A stretch of DNA of 64,000 bases, from positions 182,255-246,254 of the forward strand of contig JAGCVZ010000011.1 in the NCBI GenBank assembly GCA_017962125.1, in the 5' to 3' direction. This document shows positions 1 to 7,520 of this stretch, one piece after another. The notes beneath the pieces were generated by a model. The model was given only the letters and a program-made list of their open reading frames with translations, did not search any database and was not told where the DNA came from. The stretch's first letter is position 1, and each line of letters starts with the position of its first letter. Source of the DNA: Alphaproteobacteria bacterium. Lineage in GTDB: Bacteria > Pseudomonadota > Alphaproteobacteria > Rs-D84. Made by a program: the position numbers and the translations under genes.

Positions 1-171
1 ATATTCCATAGGCCGACCTGAACATCCTTCCGCCAACACCCCATGTGTACCCATTACAACCGCGATTGCAACGATACTAATAACTACCAAGCCTATTCTT
101 CTCCCTATCATTCCCGAACCTTTTCATAGTTTTGTGTACACCAGACATTCTATTATTCCTGTTTCATGCCA

Positions 172-1035
172 CTAATAAATTCCAAACTTTGTTATATAAT
201 TGAAAGACAAGCCGATGATAAAATTGCTACCATAATTTTCAGCATCGCGCGCCTTGGCACGACGATATTGAACGTATGGACCTAACGCAAAATCGCCCCA
301 AAGGTTCGTATCCATGCGCGCAGTGACACTAAGGTCGCGTTCCAAATCTGTTCCTACATATTGTGAATAGTCTAAATACTCACGATAATATCCATCAGTA
401 GAAAGTTTTACACCTTCACGCACATCATATTCCAGTCGCCATCCAACTTCTGCGGCAAGTTTACTAACTTGATCATGACCGTATGTAAAGTCATATTCAT
501 AAACACCCGCAATATGTAAATCTTTGATTATCGGGGAATCAAAAATTGCAAAACCCGCCATTCCGCGCAAAACCTTTAACCTATGATCCGAATCATTTGC
601 CGGAACAAATTCCGTTTCGTATGCCGCCCGCGCCATTGGTCCAAGTTTGAACGTATCATAATCCCAACATGCATAATTCAAATTACTAGACAGCAAAATT
701 TTATCGGCACTTTCGTTCACGGTCTTCGGTTCGTTATAAGGTTTCACCTCTGTCCGACCATATTCCATAAACAAACTGTTATCCCAATTAAAACGCCCAT
801 GTGTATATTCCAACGCCGTATCAAATACGCCCTTGATAAATTCTTGGTCATCGGCACTTAGTGCAGAAATCGGCGAAGTTGCATATTCGTCCGAATGCCT
901 CACAGACGTTTTTGAAATATCAAGTCCGATTCGCCGAATATTCAAAATCAGTTCTTTACCTTCCAAATCAACATCAGATGCAAATGCCACAACAGGTGCG
1001 AACAATGCGCACAAAACAACAGAAATTTTCTTCAT
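172..1035 (-). CDS. outer-membrane beta-barrel protein (porin-like)
   Basis: ORF 172..1065 minus. The internal ATG at 1035 gives the signal peptide MKKISVVLCALFAPVVAFA. Alternating amphipathic strand pattern and an aromatic C-terminus (..KFGIY) are typical of OM barrels. Confidence 0.55.
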   Translation of the reverse strand: MKKISVVLCALFAPVVAFASDVDLEGKELILNIRRIGLDISKTSVRHSDEYATSPISALSADDQEFIKGVFDTALEYTHGRFNWDNSLFMEYGRTEVKPYNEPKTVNESADKILLSSNLNYACWDYDTFKLGPMARAAYETEFVPANDSDHRLKVLRGMAGFAIFDSPIIKDLHIAGVYEYDFTYGHDQVSKLAAEVGWRLEYDVREGVKLSTDGYYREYLDYSQYVGTDLERDLSVTARMDTNLWGDFALGPYVQYRRAKARDAENYGSNFIIGLSFNYITKFGIY

Positions 1036-1070
1036 TATAAATCCTTTGATTTTATTCCCTGGCAAAATTA

Positions 1071-1688
1071 TTACTTAAAGATATGCAAAAGTCCATCCCT
1101 ATCTTGGTAACGCCATCCGTTTTCACGCAATGCCAACGTCAGAGCACCGCGCTTTTCCGCCAAAACACGAAAAGCAATCTGGTTACCATTTATGGATTCT
1201 GTTTCCAAATCAATTCCTGCGCCCATCGCGACACGACGTATCTGCCCCCAATCAGCAAATTTATCTTGCAACGTTGCGACCATTACGAACTTATCGCCAT
1301 TATCATCTTCGACACGCAACCAATTTTGCACACCTTGTTCAAGCAACCAATTCTTAGCGGCTATCCGATTCACCGTCATTTTTATATTCGCTGAATACGT
1401 TGTATCAGAAAGTCGTTCCCCAGAAATCCCAGAACTTTCAACAAGGTTAGTCAACACCGCATTCTTTTCATTTGCAACCGCACTGCGCAATGCGGATGAA
1501 TCAGAATAAGGCGACAAAACATCAACGATTATTTGGCGGCGCGCCTCGTCAAAAGCCATTTTCTTTGCAGTTGCCGCAGTATCACTTGTCACATTCACAT
1601 GTGCCGTTCCCGTCAAATCCACAGCCCCAGCAAATACCGGCACCACCGCTATCAAAACAATAATTAAAAATCTCTTCATATTAAACAT
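1071..1688 (-). CDS. secreted hypothetical protein
   Basis: 205 aa with a signal peptide (MKRFLIIVLIAVVPVFAGA). No family recognised. ATG confirmed at 1686-1688. Confidence 0.5.
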   Translation of the reverse strand: MFNMKRFLIIVLIAVVPVFAGAVDLTGTAHVNVTSDTAATAKKMAFDEARRQIIVDVLSPYSDSSALRSAVANEKNAVLTNLVESSGISGERLSDTTYSANIKMTVNRIAAKNWLLEQGVQNWLRVEDDNGDKFVMVATLQDKFADWGQIRRVAMGAGIDLETESINGNQIAFRVLAEKRGALTLALRENGWRYQDRDGLLHIFK

Positions 1689-1702
1689 ACGCTATCCAAT
1701 TT

Positions 1703-3238
1703 TTAAAACTTTGCCTGAACCCCGACATGGATTCCCATTGATTTATAAATCGATTCGATTTCGTTGTCAACCTTGCAAACCCACCCCGGACATTCAGATG
1801 CAATTTGTGCTATGTTTTGTGCAGTGGTATCATGTTCCAACATATATGCTTCTATCTGAGCATCAGATGTCCCAGACGGCAACACACCCGCATAATACTC
1901 AAACAAACGATTATACGCATCAATATAGTAATTACCATTCAGGTAAGTCGTCGCATCACCCCCGGACAGAGTATAATAATCAAACGTGAACCCAAGCGAT
2001 AAAAATACACTTTCCGTTAATGCCGTCATATAGTTTGCACCCAACCCAATATGCCACGCATCACCAAATCCACCCTTGTCTTCTACACTTTTCGGATGTT
2101 GCCAATCGACACGATACGGCTGATTTCCGGTCGCGGTATACATCGGTAACCCTAATTCAAAGCGCGCATTGAATTTATTATACACATTAACATCATAATC
2201 CAAATCCAATGCCAAAAACGGCCCCATCCAAGTTGTTTCATACGAATGACTTATACTTGGCAAATGAAACATATAGGTCCCAGCAGTACTTACACCTTCT
2301 GCACCAGATGCAATTGGCCAAAAACCATATTGATCAGGTTCTTCACCCCAAATAACTTGCTGTGTATTACCATACTTAAGAATAACAACTGGATCACATT
2401 GGGTTTCATCACCACCGTTTACATTTGTGCAAAATCCTGTATCAATTGTTAAACCATAGTCATCCTTGGTTTCCAATTTATACTTTAAATACCTAAAACC
2501 AATCGAAGGCGTTACACGGGCAACACCGATTCTGAACACATCAGTCAAACCAAAACCCGCATAAAGTCCAAGCATATCTCCACTGCTACTGTTTCCCACA
2601 GCCAAGGAATGCCCTATCTGCTGACCAATAAATTCGTCTCCTTCGCCATCATGATCAGTATCGTTCCACCATTCAGTCACCAAATACCCACCACCGGTAA
2701 TATCATCGTCAATCATATTTGAATCACCGAATTGCATACCATACTTGGCACCGGCCTGAATTTGTAACGGCACCGACCCACCGAATCTGTATAACATATC
2801 CGCCTCTAACACATTCCAGCGAATATCGTCATAGTTCAACTTACTGCCGGCATCATTCATACTAAAATTCCAACTAGCAAATTCGTGCGCCAAACCCAGA
2901 TTAAAAAAGAAACCTTTATCCGTATTATTGACGTTATTTGTAACACGGGTTTGATTTGTGACCTGAGCTTTATCAGTTCCAACAACACGAGTATAATTTT
3001 GATATGGCGCACCAATATAAGCATTATCATTCGGTGAAACTGTTCGTGTCCGCGTATAAGTAGTATCTTGAGTATAACTTGTTTGCTGTTGTTGGCGATT
3101 CGCATACGAAGCCTTGGAATAATTTTGCTGTGGCGAACGATAGTTCCCCGTATAATAAGTTCCCGCCGCATTAGCACACATGATCGTCATAGCCCCCAAA
3201 CAGCACCCAAAAAGTGTTTTACGCATAATAGTACTCAT
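1703..3238 (-). CDS. outer-membrane beta-barrel protein with Q/T/N-rich N-terminal region
   Basis: 511 aa. AGGAG lies 5 nt upstream of the ATG at 3238. Signal peptide present. The Gly/aromatic-rich C-terminal half ends ..VQAKF (terminal aromatic). Confidence 0.55.
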   Translation of the reverse strand: MSTIMRKTLFGCCLGAMTIMCANAAGTYYTGNYRSPQQNYSKASYANRQQQQTSYTQDTTYTRTRTVSPNDNAYIGAPYQNYTRVVGTDKAQVTNQTRVTNNVNNTDKGFFFNLGLAHEFASWNFSMNDAGSKLNYDDIRWNVLEADMLYRFGGSVPLQIQAGAKYGMQFGDSNMIDDDITGGGYLVTEWWNDTDHDGEGDEFIGQQIGHSLAVGNSSSGDMLGLYAGFGLTDVFRIGVARVTPSIGFRYLKYKLETKDDYGLTIDTGFCTNVNGGDETQCDPVVILKYGNTQQVIWGEEPDQYGFWPIASGAEGVSTAGTYMFHLPSISHSYETTWMGPFLALDLDYDVNVYNKFNARFELGLPMYTATGNQPYRVDWQHPKSVEDKGGFGDAWHIGLGANYMTALTESVFLSLGFTFDYYTLSGGDATTYLNGNYYIDAYNRLFEYYAGVLPSGTSDAQIEAYMLEHDTTAQNIAQIASECPGWVCKVDNEIESIYKSMGIHVGVQAKF

Positions 3239-3285
3239 AATAACTCCTATTCCTTTATATCAAAAAGTATTTTATCACAAAAAGA

Positions 3286-3313
3286 TTGAAAAAAAAACAT
3301 TATTATGTAGAAT
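3286..3313 (+). promoter_or_regulatory. putative sigma70-type promoter for tRNA-Leu (TTGAAA-N16-TAGAAT)
   Basis: Hexamers read by eye about 25 nt upstream of the tRNA 5' end. Coordinates approximate. Confidence 0.3.
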
Positions 3314-3338
3314 AGCAAAAGGTTTTTAATACCACCGT

Positions 3339-3423
3339 GCGGATATGGCGGAATTGGTAGACGCTCAGCACTAAGGATGCTGTGGAGAAATCCGTGGGGG
3401 TTCAAGTCCCCCTATCCGCACCA
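3339..3423 (+). tRNA. tRNA-Leu (type II, long variable arm); anticodon loop reads CUAAGGA, i.e. apparent anticodon AAG
   Basis: Cloverleaf folds by hand: acceptor GCGGATA/TATCCGC, D-arm GCGGAATTGGTAGACGC, anticodon stem CAGCA/TGCTG, T-arm GGGGG-TTCAAGT-CCCCC, encoded CCA. Length 85 nt. Confidence 0.8.
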
Positions 3424-3492
3424 AAATTGTATTTATTTGCACATTTTCCACTTGCCCAAAAAATCATTATTTTGCTAACCTTATCCCAAGGG

Positions 3493-6303
3493 ATGAAAGG
3501 ATTAAGATTACTTTTTTACGTATGCCTTGGCATGCTTGCCTTTGGGCGGGCGATTGCTGTTGACGGCGACGATACTGCACGCGCCGCTACGCGTCGTTCC
3601 ACATCATCAACAACAATAACAACAACGGCACGTGGCGCACCAACCACAACCACTAAAACCAACGCAACCCCACGCACCGCGACCGTAGCGCCACGAACTG
3701 CTGCAACCGAATCGCGTGGGGCAACCCAGGTGCAAAACGTGATTCCGCGTACGGCATCTTCACGTTCCGCGCCTGCAACTCGCCCGAATGTTCAAAATCG
3801 AACTGCGACCCCCATATCACAAACGCGCCACGAAACGGCAACACGCACTGCGACATCACGCACCGCAACCTCGTCACGCACTGCGGTACAGAAAAAACGC
3901 CCCAAAAGAACACTATCACGTGCGGCAACAAGTGAATCTGGCGCATTGATGACAACATATACAAAATGCCGCACAATTTTTTACGAATGCATGGACGAAT
4001 TTTGTGCGACCAAGGATGCAAACCTACGCCGTTGCGCCTGCTCTAGCCGGTTTAACGAATTTGACGGCATAAAAAAGCAAATGGACAACGTTGAAAATAA
4101 AATGTTAGATTTTAATCAACGCTTGTTAATGGTGAACATGGATGCCGAAGACGTTAACGCAATAAACAACGCTACCGAAGGCGAAGATGCGTTTTATTCC
4201 ACACGTGACACAACGAAATCGAAACGTGTGCTTGACGATATCGCCAAAAAGTTAAACGCAAAATTCGGGGACACAGACTCCAGTAGCAGTAGCACAGGTC
4301 TTGGTGCAATATCGTTAACATTAAACGTTGATGCGGCATTTGACACGGTTGATTCTTTCATGGGAATTGATACGACGACTAAATCTGGGGTTGCGCTCTA
4401 TAATGCGGCAATACCTGTATGTCATGACATCGCATCAGAGGTTTGCACCGACGAAGAACTATCACTTGCACAAAGTGGTTATCAAATGCAGATAGAACAA
4501 GACTGCAATACGGTTAAAAAAGCCTATCAATCTCAGGCTGATCAGGCACGTGCCAAGGTTTTCGAAAGCGGTGCTTTACTTGACATGTCACGCCTTGATG
4601 CGTATCAAACACGAAATTCCGACGACCTTTTGACATGCAAGCGCAAGATGCTTGAAATGTTAACAGATACAACTGTTTGTGGTGCAAAAATGGAAAAATG
4701 TCTTGATATGACGGGGCGTTACATTGATCCAACAACAGGCAAGGCATTCCTTAGTGTGAATTTAGCAGATTTGGACACAATGATTCTACGTCCTGGGGTA
4801 AACCAAACATGGACATCTGCAAACAGCTCTGGAAAATTCATCACCTTTTTAAATGACCGTAAAAAATTTCTGCAAACCGCAACAGAACATTGCGAAAGTA
4901 TCGCTGACACAGTGTGGGATGGTTTTATTGAAGATGCCTTGGCTCAAATCAAACTTGCACAAACCGCAAAACTTGAAGAAATCCGCCAGGCATGTACAAA
5001 ACTAACCACCGAATGTCTTGAACATGCATCGGATTCTATCGAAGAATTTGATGCCCGCGCACTTTCGATATTTGGCGTAATGGCGGACAAAGCGGCGAAC
5101 ACCATGTGTGCCGAGGTGCAAACTTCGTGTGCGAATCTGCTCGGTGCAACGGGGGATGCCTCTTGGGAAACTGGGGTTCATGAAATTTCGACTAACATAA
5201 CATATGAATCCATTCTGTCCAGTTGCACCCAAGTCGGACAAAACTGCATTATCCAAGCATGTAAATCTATTTCCAGTAATTTTGGTCTGTGCAATGACAT
5301 TGATTTTTCTCCAAATCGCCATTCTATATTGGAACGCACCGCATGTTGGGGCGAAGTACTTGATTGTGTTGCGGCGGCGGGCGATGATGCAATTATATCA
5401 ATAATGACTCAACTTAACCCACCCCAAGGTGGTTCCAATCCATACTCTTTTTATAACACACTTTATAATGCCCCAGAATACATAGATGATATTTGTGCTA
5501 ATCAATGTGATGATAGTGATTTTGAATTATCTGAATGTGGAAAATGTCGAATTGCTGAACGCATTTGGGGAAATTGTGAAGCCCCCCCAACAACAACAGT
5601 GGGCAGTCCGGCGCACAACCAAATACTTATCTACACACCGTCGAACAATGGTCAAAGCACACTGTTGTCATGGTTCGCATCAAACACAAACACCAACGAC
5701 GACCCGCGCAGTTGCGTAAATGTCCGTTGCGATTCAAACCACATTGTCTATGATTCAACAGGAACAGAAATGTGTTACACGGATGATCAAGCCCAGAATG
5801 TAACCGATGGCGACCATACGTATTGTCCAGCAAACACCGGCTCACACTTGACCATAATAGTCGACGAAACCCAAAAACAAAATTGTTGTCCCACTGGTCA
5901 AACAATGGGCAGCACAGGTCCATGTTGTGTGGGTAACTTAATCGCGGATGGTATTTGTACTCCGAACAACAACTTCACCAATGTCAACCAGTTGGGGACA
6001 AAAGGCAACACCAAAATATATTGCATTGGCACTATAAGTGGTGACGGATCAACGAATGGCGAATTTCCACAAGGTGATCAGGTAACTTGTAATGGCGTAT
6101 TCGTCATTATTAGCAATGACCAAAAATACTATGGAATGCAATATAATGATAATATTTCAGGTACTATCCCTAATGGTACAAAATACACACCGCAAATGGG
6201 GTATTATACCGGCCCACATAATAATGATGGCAACTTTCAACCTTTTACTACTACTATTGATGACGACAGCAGTTGGTTTATCAGATACATAACGACGCCA
6301 TAA
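3493..6303 (+). CDS. large secreted cysteine-rich protein, paralog P1 of a 5-member family
   Basis: ORF 3382..6303 overlaps the tRNA, so it is trimmed to the ATG at 3493 (MKGLRLLFYVCLGMLAFGRAIA signal peptide). A T/R/A/P-rich low-complexity region of about 150 aa is followed by the motif CRTIFYECMDEFCATKDANLRRCACSS. More than 50 Cys. Confidence 0.7.
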   Translation: MKGLRLLFYVCLGMLAFGRAIAVDGDDTARAATRRSTSSTTITTTARGAPTTTTKTNATPRTATVAPRTAATESRGATQVQNVIPRTASSRSAPATRPNVQNRTATPISQTRHETATRTATSRTATSSRTAVQKKRPKRTLSRAATSESGALMTTYTKCRTIFYECMDEFCATKDANLRRCACSSRFNEFDGIKKQMDNVENKMLDFNQRLLMVNMDAEDVNAINNATEGEDAFYSTRDTTKSKRVLDDIAKKLNAKFGDTDSSSSSTGLGAISLTLNVDAAFDTVDSFMGIDTTTKSGVALYNAAIPVCHDIASEVCTDEELSLAQSGYQMQIEQDCNTVKKAYQSQADQARAKVFESGALLDMSRLDAYQTRNSDDLLTCKRKMLEMLTDTTVCGAKMEKCLDMTGRYIDPTTGKAFLSVNLADLDTMILRPGVNQTWTSANSSGKFITFLNDRKKFLQTATEHCESIADTVWDGFIEDALAQIKLAQTAKLEEIRQACTKLTTECLEHASDSIEEFDARALSIFGVMADKAANTMCAEVQTSCANLLGATGDASWETGVHEISTNITYESILSSCTQVGQNCIIQACKSISSNFGLCNDIDFSPNRHSILERTACWGEVLDCVAAAGDDAIISIMTQLNPPQGGSNPYSFYNTLYNAPEYIDDICANQCDDSDFELSECGKCRIAERIWGNCEAPPTTTVGSPAHNQILIYTPSNNGQSTLLSWFASNTNTNDDPRSCVNVRCDSNHIVYDSTGTEMCYTDDQAQNVTDGDHTYCPANTGSHLTIIVDETQKQNCCPTGQTMGSTGPCCVGNLIADGICTPNNNFTNVNQLGTKGNTKIYCIGTISGDGSTNGEFPQGDQVTCNGVFVIISNDQKYYGMQYNDNISGTIPNGTKYTPQMGYYTGPHNNDGNFQPFTTTIDDDSSWFIRYITTP

Positions 6304-6352
6304 CCCAGGCAATGTAACCTTGTCTTGCAAAAGAAACCATAGCGTGACAATT

Positions 6353-6874
6353 TTATAATTCTATTTTATCAATTACTGATTTTATCTCTTTCAATTGGGA
6401 TGCAGTAAATTTTCCTAAAACCCAATCCGCGGCATCAATCGGCAGACCCAAATCACGCGGGTGCCCAATACCAATTCTTATTCGTTTGTATTCGCGCCCA
6501 ATTGCCGAATCGATTGACTTTATGCCGTTGTGACCGGCGCTGCTGCCCCCTATTTTGGTGCGAACATCACCAATCTTTAAATCCATATCATCATGAATCA
6601 CTGTTACATTTTCAATTGGAATCTTGTAGTAATCAACTATAGCCCGAACGGCGCGACCACTGTCATTCATAAATGTTTGTGGCATAGCAAAAATCACCCG
6701 TATACCGTCAATGTCAAATTTTGTCGTTTTCGCAAACAATTCGCTTTTCCAGGTTGCATCGTTACCCGCCAAATACATAACCGCCATGAAACCAGCATTG
6801 TGACGCGTGTTCACATATTCCTTGCCTGGGTTACCCAAGCCAACAATCAAAAACACAGGTTTATTTCCTTGCAT
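6353..6874 (-). CDS. pth: peptidyl-tRNA hydrolase
   Basis: 173 aa. LIVGLGNPG and HNGIKS motifs characteristic of Pth. Confidence 0.9.
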   Translation of the reverse strand: MQGNKPVFLIVGLGNPGKEYVNTRHNAGFMAVMYLAGNDATWKSELFAKTTKFDIDGIRVIFAMPQTFMNDSGRAVRAIVDYYKIPIENVTVIHDDMDLKIGDVRTKIGGSSAGHNGIKSIDSAIGREYKRIRIGIGHPRDLGLPIDAADWVLGKFTASQLKEIKSVIDKIEL

Positions 6875-6920
6875 ACATCAAACTCTTTTTCTATTATATT
6901 ATCATAAAAAGGAGCGAAAG

Positions 6921-7463
6921 ATGAAGTTAAAAACATCAATTATTCTGTGTTCTTTGGCGACCGTCATGGCAACGCCGGCGATGGCAAATTCTGTGTGGGA
7001 TTTATACGCTGGGGTATCTGTGGGTGTCGGTGCACAAACTTTGTTTGGCGACGGAAAAAATGAAACTGGAACTGCACAATCTTTTGGTGCAATGTTTGGT
7101 CTGGATGTTCCTTTGTTCCGTGGCGAAGTGGAATATACATACATTAACGAATCAGATTCACACGCAAGCATTGGTTTTGCAAACGCTTACTTTAAAATGC
7201 CGTCAACCGTTATTCGCCCTTACTTTGGATTGGGGGTCGGTGTTATGTTTAACGGCGAAGAAAACGCAAAGTACAACAAAAAATTCGACACCAAACCCGC
7301 ATACCAAGGTATGCTTGGTGTGACAATTGACGTGCCGAAATTACCGTTTAAGTTCGATGTCGAAGCACATGCAATTTATATCCCAGACGTATTGCGATTC
7401 GGTAACGAACGTCCAGATATCTTGCATTACGAAGCCAGAATAAAATTACGCTATATCTTTTAA
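6921..7463 (+). CDS. small outer-membrane beta-barrel protein (OmpW/OmpA-N-like 8-strand barrel)
   Basis: ORF 6807..7463 trimmed to the ATG at 6921, which is preceded by AAGGAG. Signal peptide MKLKTSIILCSLATVMATPAMA. Gly/aromatic strand pattern; ends ..LRYIF. Confidence 0.65.
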   Translation: MKLKTSIILCSLATVMATPAMANSVWDLYAGVSVGVGAQTLFGDGKNETGTAQSFGAMFGLDVPLFRGEVEYTYINESDSHASIGFANAYFKMPSTVIRPYFGLGVGVMFNGEENAKYNKKFDTKPAYQGMLGVTIDVPKLPFKFDVEAHAIYIPDVLRFGNERPDILHYEARIKLRYIF

Positions 7464-7476
7464 ACATGCAAAATCT

Positions 7477-7504
7477 TGCGGGGCACGATGCCCCGCATTT
7501 AAAA
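7477..7504 (+). terminator. GC hairpin (TGCGGGGCA-CGA-TGCCCCGCA) plus T-rich tail after the OMP gene
   Basis: Seen in sequence 14 nt after the stop at 7463. The same GCGGGGCA/TGCCCCGC stem recurs at about 45543. Confidence 0.4.
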
Positions 7505-7520
7505 TATACTGGGGAAAAAC

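Noticed and set aside
3382-3492. N-terminal 37 codons of the annotated 973-aa ORF (MEKSVGVQVPLSAPKLYLF...)
   Set aside because: They overlap the tRNA-Leu gene (3339..3423). A proper signal peptide and ATG occur at 3493, so the true start is taken there.
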